A DNA stretch of 64,000 nt from an uncultured delta proteobacterium (GTDB lineage Bacteria > Desulfobacterota > Binatia > UBA9968). The notes under the pieces were generated by a model that searched no databases, had not been told where the DNA came from, and was given only the letters and a program-made list of their open reading frames with translations. Of this stretch, positions 47,132 through 57,265 are shown piece by piece (position 1 is the first letter of the stretch; each line of letters starts with the position of its first letter). The DNA lies in assembly GCA_963816145.1 (NCBI GenBank), contig CAWFJP010000013.1:32001-96000 (forward strand), in the 5' to 3' direction. The position numbers were made by a program, and so were the translations under genes.

Positions 47132-48151
47132 TCAGAGTCCGAAAATTTCGCGAAACTCCTTAGCGTACTGATCCGTATTCACCGACACTTCTTTCGGAAT
47201 ACGTTTTACCTTTAGCCGATTCTGGTCCATTTTGGCGACCAGCGGTTCGACATCCCGGCGCGACGGCACCAAACGCAGGTCGCGAATCATCTGTTGGCTT
47301 CGCTTGCTCAGCGCAAAGTCGACAAAAAGCCTGGCGGTATTGGGGTTGGCCGCTTTGCTGCTGACCCCGATGCCGTGCACTGTTGTCACTATGGGATCGA
47401 ACGTATCGGACCAATCCACCGGCGCCCCTTCCTTTTTCATGCGTTCGACGCGGAAGGTATAGGCCCAGCCCAGGGGCAATTCACCAGCGCCGATGAGTTG
47501 GGCGACCAAACCATGGCCGCGGCGCCAGGTTAAGTCCTGCCGCGCCAATTGTTTCATGTAATTGACCGCTCGGTTCTTTCCCCAAGCCAGTGCGAGGGTA
47601 CCGAACCAGTCGTAGTCAGTGGAGTCCATCAGCATTTTGCCCTTCCACTTTGTGTCCAGCAGCTCAGGATAGTCTCGAGGGGCGTCTTTATCATTGACCA
47701 GGCGGGTATTGTACATGAGCACAAGGTTGCTGTTGTACAGACTCGTCCAATGGCCACGCGGGTCTTTGAATTCATCGATGTAGGCATCGCGCTCCGGCGA
47801 AAGATAGGGCGCAAATATGCCGCGGTCGACGAAAAGCTCGGCGCTGCTTATGCTCAGCAGATCGAAGGCCCATTTGCCGGCGCGGATTTCGTTCAAGATC
47901 CGGTTGGTGATCTGTTCGTTGCCGGCACGCACCAACTCGCCTTTGGCGAACGGATATTCTTTAGTGAATGCGTCGAGCAACGGCCGGGAAAGATCGATGG
48001 CCATCGAAGTGTACCAAATGAATCGGCTCTCCTTTTTGGCGCCTTCGATCAGCTTGGACTGTGGGGTGGCCTGGGAGTGCAGATTGGACGTCTGCACGCC
48101 TATGATTGAAAGGACAACCAGGACCGAAAGGCAGCGCGAGCGAAGTTTCAT
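47132..48151 (-). CDS. ABC substrate-binding protein, Fe(III)/polyamine/thiamine type
   Basis: Signal peptide; GAKKE..FIWYTS, LLDTKWKGK, NPNTARLFVDF. Confidence 0.88.
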   Translation of the reverse strand: MKLRSRCLSVLVVLSIIGVQTSNLHSQATPQSKLIEGAKKESRFIWYTSMAIDLSRPLLDAFTKEYPFAKGELVRAGNEQITNRILNEIRAGKWAFDLLSISSAELFVDRGIFAPYLSPERDAYIDEFKDPRGHWTSLYNSNLVLMYNTRLVNDKDAPRDYPELLDTKWKGKMLMDSTDYDWFGTLALAWGKNRAVNYMKQLARQDLTWRRGHGLVAQLIGAGELPLGWAYTFRVERMKKEGAPVDWSDTFDPIVTTVHGIGVSSKAANPNTARLFVDFALSKRSQQMIRDLRLVPSRRDVEPLVAKMDQNRLKVKRIPKEVSVNTDQYAKEFREIFGL

Positions 48152-48225
48152 CCTGCTCCTCCTTGACCGGGGGCCATATTGTCATGGACAAATCATTGGC
48201 GCCTCATCCGCGACACGACAACTCG

Positions 48226-49038
48226 TTACTTCCGATCTTCTGGCTTAACGTACTTCACCGATGCACCGCCTTTTTGCGAGTGCAGATAGCCTTCCACATC
48301 GCTGAGGGGATTAGTGTAATAGCGTAGCCGGTGCTGGACGAGATCGTCGGCTCGCAGCGCCATGTCGAATGGCAAGTCTTTTTGCATATAGGCGGCGATC
48401 TTGGCATTCTCCAGAGTCGCGCCGTTGCGGCTGGCTAGTTCCCTCGCCAGTGTGTCGACGTAGCTGTCCAAATCCTTTTCCGGCACGACATCGGAGACCA
48501 GGCCGACGCGTTCGGCTTCGACGCCGGTCAGGTTTCTCCCCGTGAGCGAAATGAAAAAGGCCTTCTTGAATGGGATGCCGGCGTGAAATAATGACGGTGT
48601 CGCAGTGGCGCCGTAGCTGCCGCGGATGACTTCGGGCATACCGAACTTCGCGGTGTCGGCGCTGATGACCAGATCATGGCCGTTGATCATGGCGAGTCCG
48701 CCGCCCAAGCACCAACCCCGCACTTTGGCGACCGTGACCTGCGGTAGTTTGCGCATGATGTCGACGATCTCGGCGACGCCGCCGAAGCCCCGGGTGCGCC
48801 GGCGGTTGTCCTGGCCGCGCATATCGTAGAGATCGCGGCCCGACGAATAGGAATCGCCGGCGCCGGTGGTGACGATGCAGCGAATCTTTTCGTTGTTGGC
48901 GAGATCGCGCAACGTACTCGAAATTTCGGCGAGTAGGGCGATGCTTAGGGCGTTTTTCTTTTCCGGACGATTTAAGGTCAGCCAGGCTATGCCTACCTTT
49001 TCATCGATGTTGGCGGTGATGTGTTTCAAGTCAGACAT
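48226..49038 (-). CDS. Enoyl-CoA hydratase/isomerase (crotonase) family protein
   Basis: LTLNRPEKKNAL, YSSGRDL, GWCLGGG, FGMPEV, EAERVGLV. Confidence 0.92.
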   Translation of the reverse strand: MSDLKHITANIDEKVGIAWLTLNRPEKKNALSIALLAEISSTLRDLANNEKIRCIVTTGAGDSYSSGRDLYDMRGQDNRRRTRGFGGVAEIVDIMRKLPQVTVAKVRGWCLGGGLAMINGHDLVISADTAKFGMPEVIRGSYGATATPSLFHAGIPFKKAFFISLTGRNLTGVEAERVGLVSDVVPEKDLDSYVDTLARELASRNGATLENAKIAAYMQKDLPFDMALRADDLVQHRLRYYTNPLSDVEGYLHSQKGGASVKYVKPEDRK

Positions 49039-49062
49039 GTAAATTCTCCGTGGGTTTAATTT

Positions 49063-49098
49063 CGTTCAAATCGTTCAAAAAGTTCAAGCCGTTCAAAT
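49063..49098 (+). repeat. 9-nt tandem repeat (C/A)GTTCAANN x4
   Basis: CGTTCAAAT CGTTCAAAA AGTTCAAGC CGTTCAAAT. Confidence 0.75.
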
Positions 49099-49117
49099 CG
49101 TTGGTCGAATTCTATTC

Positions 49118-49180
49118 TGTCATTTCGAGGCACCGCCGAGAAATCTTTCGATCAGATGTCTCACTGCGTTCGAGATGACA
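49118..49180. repeat. REP-like hairpin (TGTCATTTCGA...TCGAGATGACA)
   Basis: Outer IR TGTCATTTCGA / TCGAGATGACA and inner IR GAGAAATCT / AGATGTCTC. Confidence 0.65.
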
Positions 49181-49208
49181 GCCTCATCGATTCCAATAAT
49201 CCGGCATA

Positions 49209-50216
49209 TCAAGAAAACCGGTAAAAGCTTTTGGCGTTGCCGGCGAGGATTTTTTGTTTCGTTTCATCCGAGATGTCTTTGCGCTCGACCACTTGGCTGA
49301 CGCTATGCGGCCATTCCATGTCCCAGTGCGGATAGTCCGACGCGTACATCATGCACTCGTCGCCGAACTGCTCAATAACCAGCGGCAGCGCCGACTCTTC
49401 GCCTTCGCAAGTGAAGTAGCAGCGATGGGCCTTGATGTATTCGCTGGGAAGCATCTTTAACGGTTCCATTTCTGATTTTCTGATCAGATATTTCTCGTCG
49501 AAACGTTCCATCCAGTAGGGCAGGAAGCCGACGCCGGCTTCGAGAAAGCCGACTTTCAGTTTGGGGAACCGGTCGAGCACGCCGTTGGAGATAATCGAGA
49601 CCACCGAGAGCATCTGCTCGAACGGATGGGACGTCATATGCACGCCGATGTATTTATGAAACCGGGTATTGCCAACGGCGACCTGGGCGGTGGCGTGAAA
49701 GCCGATGGGCACGCCGAGATCCTGCGCCGCGAAATAGATCGGATCGAACTGCGGCTGGCCCAGGTCGAGGCCTTGCTGCACATAGGTCGGCATCATGACA
49801 CCGACGGCGCCTTTCTCGGTGACGGCGCGGTGCACTTCTTTTGCCGCTTCAGCCACGACCTGGGGTGCGATGACGGCAGCGTATTTGACGCGACCGCCGC
49901 TCTGTTTGCAAAAATCACAGGCCCAGTCGTTGTAGGCTTTGGCCAATTCCACCGCAAGGTCGAGTTCGCGCACCAAACCGATGGACAGCGCGTTGCTGGG
50001 ATAGGCGACTGCGTCGCCGATCTTTTCGACGTCGAGGTCTTTGCAATATTCCTGCGGATTGGCCGGTTTTCTGCCGGTGGTGTCGTTTAAAAAAATGTCC
50101 CAACCGAAAGATGGGAAATAGGGCCCGCTGCGGGCGCAAAACTTTTCCGGCAAGTATTGTTTATAGGCCGCGCCGTCCAAATGATGGGCGTCGGCGTCGA
50201 TGATGGTAAACTGCAC
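49209..50216 (-). CDS. Amidohydrolase family 2 protein
   Basis: GTG 50216 after GGAGG. IIDADAH, PIGFH, FLEAGVG, YASDYPHWD. Confidence 0.9.
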   Translation of the reverse strand: MQFTIIDADAHHLDGAAYKQYLPEKFCARSGPYFPSFGWDIFLNDTTGRKPANPQEYCKDLDVEKIGDAVAYPSNALSIGLVRELDLAVELAKAYNDWACDFCKQSGGRVKYAAVIAPQVVAEAAKEVHRAVTEKGAVGVMMPTYVQQGLDLGQPQFDPIYFAAQDLGVPIGFHATAQVAVGNTRFHKYIGVHMTSHPFEQMLSVVSIISNGVLDRFPKLKVGFLEAGVGFLPYWMERFDEKYLIRKSEMEPLKMLPSEYIKAHRCYFTCEGEESALPLVIEQFGDECMMYASDYPHWDMEWPHSVSQVVERKDISDETKQKILAGNAKSFYRFS

Positions 50217-50248
50217 GGACTTGACCTCCAAATTCTAAGTAACAAGCG

Positions 50249-50315
50249 TTGAACTTTGAGCCCTTGAGCGTCTGAACGATAGCAGTCGTTCAAGGTTCAA
50301 AAGTTCAAAGTTCAA
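50249..50315. repeat. TTGAAC / GTTCAA short tandem repeats in inverted arrangement
   Basis: TTGAACTTTGAGCCCTTGAGCGTCTGAAC ... GTTCAAGGTTCAAAAGTTCAAAGTTCAA. Confidence 0.7.
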
Positions 50316-50334
50316 TCGGAACCTGCGGGCGAAA

Positions 50335-52029
50335 CTAATCTTGCAGCCCGTATCGCTGGGCGACGGCGCGGAACAGCGAGCCGACACACACCGTGCCGAT
50401 GGTGATGACGATACTGAAGGCGGCCAGCTCGCCGACATGGCCGTTGTCCCATAGCTCCCAGATCGTCACGGCGACCACTTGCGAGCCGGGCGAGTAAAGC
50501 AGCAGGGCGATGGACAGCTCCTTGAACGTAATCAGGAAGATGTAGATCCATCCAGCCAGCAACGCTGGCATGATCAGCGGTATGACGACATGGCGGACCA
50601 TTTGGAACCAGGTCGCGCCGCTGGTCATGGCGCCTTCTTCGAGTTCTTTGTGCAGGCTCAGAAGCGCCGAATGGCTGAAGCGAATGCCATAGGGCAGGTA
50701 ACGGGCAACGAACGCCAGCACCAGAATCCAGATCGTGCCGTACACGGGAACCGGCAGGTAGAGGTACATTTTCAAAATCGCGATGCCCATGACGATGCCG
50801 GGAAACACTAGCGGCAGCATGGCCATATGATCGAGAATCCAACGGGCCCTGATCGACGCGCGGACAATGATCCAGGCGGCCAGGAAGGTTATGAACACTG
50901 CAATCGTCGCCGAAGAAATGCTGACGGTGAGGCTGTTCAGCACCGATCGAATGACACCGCTATCGTTGAACGCCGTCATATAATTATTGAAGGTGAGTAA
51001 CTCCAGCGCCTTACGCGATGGCACTTGGGCAAAAGGCAAGAAGGAAGACCAGGTTATCGCGATGATCGGAAAAAATTGCAGCAGTGGCAGTACCAGCATC
51101 AACAAACCGCCCAACCAGCGCCACTTGCCCAGCGCGACCCGGGTAGGCCGGAAGTTTTTGCCGCTGATGGTGGTGAACTTATAGGTCTTGCTGGTAATGC
51201 GGTAATAGGGGATCAGGCCCAATGCTACCAGGACGATGAGAATGATCGAGTAGGCGCTGGCTTCGCCGTATTTTGGGATTAATCCGCCTTTGATTTGCAG
51301 ATAGATCTTTGTCGTCAACACTTCGACTCCGGCGGGAATGCCGATCAATGCCGGAATCTCGAAAGCTTCAAGGGAGCGAATGATCGTCAGAATGAGCACT
51401 GCTAGCACACTGGGGAGGGCCAGCGGAAAGGTGACACGCTGAAAGACTTGCCAGCCGGTGCTGCCGGCAGTGGTGGCGGCCTCTTCCAGAGACGGATCCA
51501 TGGAGCGAAATGGCGTCGACATCAGCAAGAAAACGATGGGAATCCATAAAAAGCTTTCCACCAGCACCATGCCGCCCATGGAAAAAATGTTAAACAAAGG
51601 TTGGCCGGTATAGGCGATCACCGGCGCATTCAACATACCTGCTTTAGGTCCGAGCAGCATGATCCAGCCGACAACTTTGATGATACCCGGAATGGCGAAG
51701 GAGACATACGCCGAAATATAGGCAAGCTTGCGGAACGGTGCGTCACTCCGCTCGGCGAGCCAGGCCAGCGCGGTGCCGTAAACCAAGGCGACGGATGAAC
51801 TCCCAAAAGAATAAATCAACGAGTTGGTCAGCAGGGTTTTCACGTCGCCAAGCGAATCGATGATGTTGGCGAAATGCTGAATCGTGAAACTGCCGGCTTG
51901 CAGGCCGCGGTCGGTGACGAGGCTGGTATGGAGGATGAAAAAGAACGGCGGCAGAACCAAATAAGCCAGTGTCACGCCGGTGAGCAAAAACATGATCTGG
52001 GTAGGATTTCGCATCATCATAGCGAACAT
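50335..52029 (-). CDS. Fe(III)-type ABC transporter permease (FbpB/ThiP-like, two EAA loops)
   Basis: Multi-TM protein with MDPSLEEAATTAGS and LHKELEEGAMTSGA loops. Start approximate. Confidence 0.92.
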   Translation of the reverse strand: MFAMMMRNPTQIMFLLTGVTLAYLVLPPFFFILHTSLVTDRGLQAGSFTIQHFANIIDSLGDVKTLLTNSLIYSFGSSSVALVYGTALAWLAERSDAPFRKLAYISAYVSFAIPGIIKVVGWIMLLGPKAGMLNAPVIAYTGQPLFNIFSMGGMVLVESFLWIPIVFLLMSTPFRSMDPSLEEAATTAGSTGWQVFQRVTFPLALPSVLAVLILTIIRSLEAFEIPALIGIPAGVEVLTTKIYLQIKGGLIPKYGEASAYSIILIVLVALGLIPYYRITSKTYKFTTISGKNFRPTRVALGKWRWLGGLLMLVLPLLQFFPIIAITWSSFLPFAQVPSRKALELLTFNNYMTAFNDSGVIRSVLNSLTVSISSATIAVFITFLAAWIIVRASIRARWILDHMAMLPLVFPGIVMGIAILKMYLYLPVPVYGTIWILVLAFVARYLPYGIRFSHSALLSLHKELEEGAMTSGATWFQMVRHVVIPLIMPALLAGWIYIFLITFKELSIALLLYSPGSQVVAVTIWELWDNGHVGELAAFSIVITIGTVCVGSLFRAVAQRYGLQD

Positions 52030-52148
52030 AAGAGCACCCCTTTCAAACCGGCCAATCTGGTCCCCCGGCAACGGCCAGGCGCAGTCCATCGACTGGGAGA
52101 TATATATTACAAATCGCGCACGTAAGACAATTGGCTTGCGGGAAGAAG

Positions 52149-52230
52149 TTCAGGAGTCAGTAGTTAGGAGTCAGGAGCAAAGCCGGAAGAAAACCCGACC
52201 TTCCTCACTCCTTACTTTTTAACTCCTGAC
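52149..52230. repeat. Heptamer (GTCAGGA-type) tandem repeats forming an inverted pair
   Basis: TTCAGGA GTCAGTA GTTAGGA GTCAGGA ... TCCTCAC TCCTTAC ... TCCTGAC. Confidence 0.7.
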
Positions 52231-52234
52231 TTCC

Positions 52235-53431
52235 CTACGCCCACGGGCCGATGTAGGGCTCGCCGGTGTAGGTGTCGGTTAGCGGTTCGAGGATGTCCGG
52301 CCAGTGGTTCGGATCGACTTTGCGGCGCAATTCTTTGGGCCGGGGTTTTCCCTCCCAGCCTATCTGCTCCATGGCGTAATAGAGCTCGATGCAGTGGCCG
52401 TCGGGATCGAAGGCGTAGGCGGCGTAATCGATGCCGGGGTGAAGTTCCGGCGGGATAATATCGGTCTCGACGCGCACGCCGTTGTCGCGCAGGAACTTTA
52501 CCCCGTCTTTCAATTGCCGGTAGTTTGCCAATTGCAAGCCGAAGGACATGCTCGACGTGGTCTCGCTCAGGCCGAGTTTTTTGCGCCACGACTTCGGAAA
52601 AATTCCCAGAGAATGATGCTCGTTGTTGCAGCGCAGGAAGGCGCAGCGTTCGCCCTGCCACTCGACCTCTTCAGTCAGGGTGAAGCCGAGCACTTGGGTG
52701 TGCCAGCGTTTGAGTTTATCATAATCGTCGACAAACAGTTTCACCGGACCGACGCGGGTGATTTTAAACGGTTGCGGCAGCAGCAAGCCGTCGACGTTGT
52801 ATGTAAGCGGCATTTTGCTGACGTAACGGGCGCCGTCGAGGACGTTGATGCCTTGATTCAAATCATCGGTGATGAGCTGGTAGTCCGGTAGCTGGGGTTC
52901 TTTGGGCGCTACCGCGGTGCCGTGGCGCATGGCGACAGGGCGGGCGTAGCCGTTCCAGCTGATCTGTTCGATGCCATAGTAGAGCTCGAAGATCTGTTCG
53001 TCCGGCGCCCAGACGTAGAGGTGGAACTGCGAGCCGCCGCCGCCGGCGCGCCCCTCGCGCATGACCTCGACGCCGATGTCGTGAAAATACTCGGTCGCCG
53101 CGGTCATTTCGGCGACACTCTGCACTTGCCAGGTAATTTGGTTGATGTCATTTTCCGCGCGGAAATGTTTGGCGTTGTGGCCGGCGTATTGGCGCTCATT
53201 GAATTTCTTTTTCTCGAACAGCGCGAACGAGTGATGATCGCCGGCATGGCGGCCAAAGTAGCCCGCGCCGGCGGGTTCGGTAATAAAAAAGCCCAGCAGA
53301 TCGAAATAGAAGCGCCGGCTGGCTTCAAGGTCCGCGGCGTTGAATCCGAAGTGACCGAGGCGCAGGATTTTAAACGGACGATCGAGCGCTACACCGCCGA
53401 CGTTGTATTTATTTGCCTTCGTTAGGGTCAT
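52235..53431 (-). CDS. Two-domain VOC protein (extradiol ring-cleavage dioxygenase-like)
   Basis: Duplicated PFKI.R.G ... HHS ... (D/A)PD...ELYY..EQI domains. Confidence 0.82.
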   Translation of the reverse strand: MTLTKANKYNVGGVALDRPFKILRLGHFGFNAADLEASRRFYFDLLGFFITEPAGAGYFGRHAGDHHSFALFEKKKFNERQYAGHNAKHFRAENDINQITWQVQSVAEMTAATEYFHDIGVEVMREGRAGGGGSQFHLYVWAPDEQIFELYYGIEQISWNGYARPVAMRHGTAVAPKEPQLPDYQLITDDLNQGINVLDGARYVSKMPLTYNVDGLLLPQPFKITRVGPVKLFVDDYDKLKRWHTQVLGFTLTEEVEWQGERCAFLRCNNEHHSLGIFPKSWRKKLGLSETTSSMSFGLQLANYRQLKDGVKFLRDNGVRVETDIIPPELHPGIDYAAYAFDPDGHCIELYYAMEQIGWEGKPRPKELRRKVDPNHWPDILEPLTDTYTGEPYIGPWA

Positions 53432-53497
53432 GCTGGTCCTACTCGTTTTGGCTGCGCCGATTAAGACTTGATGTTTGTGCCTAACTTGTCATTGGGA

Positions 53498-55234
53498 TTA
53501 TTTCGGCAACTTCGCTAGATCTAGCAAAATAAGGCCGTCCTGATCAAACACCGCGGCGCTTTTTTGTAGCGCTTTATTCATCAGATACTCTTTTCCCTTG
53601 ATCTCTGCCAGTCGCGGTGGAATGCGCTCGCGCCAGGGCGCGAAGTACTCGGGCGCATGGGTGGGATCGGTGAAATCCCGTGTGTTGACCAACAGGTGAG
53701 TCACGCCGAATTCTTGCCGCAACCGCACCAGTGGTACGCTGTCGGTGCTCAAATAAGCATCGAACATTGCATTCATTCTTTCGCGTAGGGTAGTCATGTA
53801 AGTTAAATGCAGCACTTGATGCGTCGCTGCGGTAAAAAAGACATTGCGTCTAGTGACGTATTCGACGTTCCGTATCTCCGCGGCTGGCCAGCCGGCGATA
53901 ACAACATCCTTCGGCAATGTGGTGATCGCCTGGGCCAACGGTTTCGACAATTGGGTTTCAGAGGAGGCCGCGAACTCGACGTTGCCTCTGCCACCGAATA
54001 ACATGAGATAGACGGAGATGATCGCTAGAAAGATAACCCCGTGAAATGTGGCTGAGGAGCGCAGCCGCGGTATTTGGTTTAGCAATCTGTGGAGTGACCA
54101 GGGAAATAGCAACGTGATGACAAACGGCAGCGAATACATAAAAAAGCGGTTCGGAATGTACAGATATGGTGCGCCCAGCCAAGCGAGCACGTGCAGCACC
54201 ACGCAGACTAAGAAGAAGGTGATTAGCCGAGCTGCGACGCCGCAGCGATCTTCCTTGAGCAGGGATCTAATGCTGGCCCAAACGACGACGAGGACGATGA
54301 GGCCCGTGAGCGCGACCACTGATAGCAGCGTGGTGGACGACAATTTCTTATGGGCGTTAATCCATGGCACGATGGCGTCGCCGTGGCTATACGTGGGCCC
54401 GAGAAAATAGGCGATCGATTCGGTACCGAAAAGTTTATAGGGCAGTTGGTCGTAAACACGGTAATTGCCATCGGGTCCAGCCTCCGGATAAAGCCTGATG
54501 TCGGCTGCAATAACGCGCCGGCCGTAGGGCTGGCTGTCGAGCCACATCGGTAGCAGTCCCGCCAGTGTGAGAAAGCTGGTCAGGATCATGGTTGCCAAGC
54601 GGCGCGACCCGCGCCATTGTGACACCGTCCCCAGCGCGGATAAAGGTTTTAAGAGCATCCAGCACGCGAGGCACAAGCCGCCGATGGTCGCGACGATGGG
54701 ATACAGCATGCCACTGACGATCACGGTAACCGCTAGGAGTTGAGGCCGGTCGCAAATCAGCGAATAAAGAATGAGAGCGATCACCGGGTAGGCGTACATC
54801 CGCGGCGTGGCGCCGAGAAATCCCAAGCCGATGAAACACCACGCCGTGATCGTGAGCGCCATCACCGCAAAGCTCAGCGTCGCGCCGCCCAAAAGCCAGC
54901 CTAAGCGGCCCAGGATGCCGATGAAAACGGCATAGGTCAGATACAACATGGCGAGCTGAAAATGGCGTACATCGGCAAACTGGCCGCCTACCCAAATGGA
55001 CGCCTTATATAAAGGGGGAGACAACGCATTGAGATAATACTCTTTTATATAATTCGTTGGTGTCGGATCGTTGCGGTGGAATTTGAAAAAGGGCGGAATG
55101 ACATGGCTCGCATCGAAAGGAACGAAGTATGGATCTTGCGCCAATTTCCAGTGGTGCTGAATGCCGGGCCAGAACAAAACCCCGAGCGCCAGCACGACTA
55201 AAAACAACTTTGCGGCGCCACGCATCGTCAACAT
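53498..55234 (-). CDS. Hypothetical polytopic membrane protein (GT-C glycosyltransferase-like architecture)
   Basis: About 580 aa with many TM segments, an N-terminal loop containing PFD, and a C-terminal soluble tail with LRQEFGVTHLLV. Start could be 55225-55279. Confidence 0.7.
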   Translation of the reverse strand: MLTMRGAAKLFLVVLALGVLFWPGIQHHWKLAQDPYFVPFDASHVIPPFFKFHRNDPTPTNYIKEYYLNALSPPLYKASIWVGGQFADVRHFQLAMLYLTYAVFIGILGRLGWLLGGATLSFAVMALTITAWCFIGLGFLGATPRMYAYPVIALILYSLICDRPQLLAVTVIVSGMLYPIVATIGGLCLACWMLLKPLSALGTVSQWRGSRRLATMILTSFLTLAGLLPMWLDSQPYGRRVIAADIRLYPEAGPDGNYRVYDQLPYKLFGTESIAYFLGPTYSHGDAIVPWINAHKKLSSTTLLSVVALTGLIVLVVVWASIRSLLKEDRCGVAARLITFFLVCVVLHVLAWLGAPYLYIPNRFFMYSLPFVITLLFPWSLHRLLNQIPRLRSSATFHGVIFLAIISVYLMLFGGRGNVEFAASSETQLSKPLAQAITTLPKDVVIAGWPAAEIRNVEYVTRRNVFFTAATHQVLHLTYMTTLRERMNAMFDAYLSTDSVPLVRLRQEFGVTHLLVNTRDFTDPTHAPEYFAPWRERIPPRLAEIKGKEYLMNKALQKSAAVFDQDGLILLDLAKLPK

Positions 55235-55524
55235 CGCTCCTGACATTTGCTTGAAGCTCGTGGGATCAACTCCGCCCACCTAGGCTTGCTAGGTTCTTGC
55301 AATTTATGAACCGTTGCTAATGATGTCTAGTCACCAATCCAATTTCATACGCGAACCGGCATCAACTGGCAATGACTCGCTCTTGCAGATGCGGTCAAAA
55401 GATGATTGCGGGTCGCCCTTGCGGTTGCAAGGGATTCTGAACTTTGGGATATGATCGTAGACATGAGTTCGCTATTGCGCGGTCGGACGGCGAACTTAAA
55501 AAACATCGAGTGAAGGGCAATGCA

Positions 55525-57261
55525 ATGGCGGAAACAACGGATACTAACTGGGATCTCGAGGCGGATGTCATCGTGATCGGATCGGGCGCTGCGGGGATCC
55601 CCGCAGCGATCAAGGCAGTCGACGAAGGCGTGTCGGTGATCGTCGTCGAAGCGAACTACGATGTCGGCGGCCATGCGATCATAAGCGGCGGTCATATGGC
55701 TCTCGGCGGCGGCACCAGCGCGCAGAAGAAGTATGATATTCCCGACTCACCGGACACGGTCTTCTCCGATCTCACCGATTGGTCGGTGGTCCAGCCCAAC
55801 GGGACGCCGGATTTCCGTTACAACGATCGCGCGCTGATGCGCGCCTTCGCCGATCACTGCGCCATCGCGTTCGAGTTTCTTCTTGAAAACGGCGTCGAGT
55901 TCGCCGACAAGGCGCCGGACAACCAAGGCGCGTCGACGCTTGGCAATTCCGCGCTGCGGGAGAATCATGCGATCTGGACCAAAGGGGCCGGGCTGGAGAG
56001 TCCCAACGCGGCCAACGGCACTGCGGTGATGCGGCCGTTGGAAGCGAGCGCGCGCAAGAAGGGCGTGAAATTTTTGCTCAACTACAAAATGGCCAGCATC
56101 GTGCGCGAACCATCGCTCGATGGCCGCGCTGGCCATGTCATCGGCATCACCGCCCAGTACAACCCGCACATCATGCCCGGATCGACGACGCCGCTCAAAA
56201 GTTTTCGCTCCGAAGGCAATATCGACAGCGCCAAGCCGACGATGCAATTGCGCGCGCGCAAGGCGGTCATCGTCGCCACCGGCGGCAGCACGAGCCATCT
56301 CGAGTTTCGCCGCATGTTCGATCCGCGCTTGACCGCGGAAATTCAAGTGGGCGGCGAACCCTACAGCTATCAAGATGCCAGCGGTGAACTAGCCGGCATG
56401 GCGGTGGGCGCGGCGCTTTGGGGTTTGAACCATCAAGCGCTTGAGAACGGCGCGACCATGCGCGCGCAGCGCGCGCTGGCGACCAAATACAACTACACCA
56501 CATGGAAGCTGGAAAGTCCGATCTTCCCGCTGGTGAAATCGACCGGCTTCAACGTCAAAGATTGGCAGAATTTGATTCTCGTCAACCAGGTGGGCCGGCG
56601 CTTCTACGACGAAACCAAGGGCGACCCGCCTCATGGCAACAACGGCCATCAAGTGCCGGACTACCTACCCAACGATCATCGCAACACGGCCAAGCTTGGT
56701 TACACGCCGCACAAGTATAATTTCGTCCACGCCGCGCTGGCGATGAACGAATACTCCGAACCGCCCGACTATCCCGCAGGGCCACAGTGGGCGATCTTCG
56801 ACGCCGATGCGGTGGAGCGCGAAGGCTGGAAGGTGGTGCCGCCCTATGTCGACCCTGACGGCTATTTTTTCAGCGCGAACACGCATCCAGAGTTAGCGGC
56901 AGCGATCAAAAACGAATATCAAGCCAAGCCGATGAACGGCGAAATTCTCCAGGCGACCGTGGAGCGCTACAATTCTTTCGTCGATAAAGGAGTGGACGAA
57001 GATTTCGGCAAGCCGGCGCCCAAGTACAAGATTCACAAGCCGCCGTTCTATGCCGCGTGGGGCACGGTCATCGTTCACGACACGCGCTCCGGTCTGCGCA
57101 TCAACGGGCGTTGCCAAGTGATCGACATGAACGGCCAGGTGATTCCCGGACTTTATTGTGCCGGGGAATCGGCCGGCGGTTTCAACCAGCATGGCATGGG
57201 CCGTTGCGTTACCCAGGGATATATCTGCGGAACAGATGCTGCGAAATTACCAAAACGGTAG
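55525..57261 (+). CDS. FAD-dependent oxidoreductase (fumarate reductase flavoprotein/TcuA/KstD-like)
   Basis: WDLEADVIVIGSGAAG, KAVIVATGG, ILVNQVGRRF, IPGLYCAGE. Confidence 0.88.
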   Translation: MAETTDTNWDLEADVIVIGSGAAGIPAAIKAVDEGVSVIVVEANYDVGGHAIISGGHMALGGGTSAQKKYDIPDSPDTVFSDLTDWSVVQPNGTPDFRYNDRALMRAFADHCAIAFEFLLENGVEFADKAPDNQGASTLGNSALRENHAIWTKGAGLESPNAANGTAVMRPLEASARKKGVKFLLNYKMASIVREPSLDGRAGHVIGITAQYNPHIMPGSTTPLKSFRSEGNIDSAKPTMQLRARKAVIVATGGSTSHLEFRRMFDPRLTAEIQVGGEPYSYQDASGELAGMAVGAALWGLNHQALENGATMRAQRALATKYNYTTWKLESPIFPLVKSTGFNVKDWQNLILVNQVGRRFYDETKGDPPHGNNGHQVPDYLPNDHRNTAKLGYTPHKYNFVHAALAMNEYSEPPDYPAGPQWAIFDADAVEREGWKVVPPYVDPDGYFFSANTHPELAAAIKNEYQAKPMNGEILQATVERYNSFVDKGVDEDFGKPAPKYKIHKPPFYAAWGTVIVHDTRSGLRINGRCQVIDMNGQVIPGLYCAGESAGGFNQHGMGRCVTQGYICGTDAAKLPKR

Positions 57262-57265
57262 GAAC

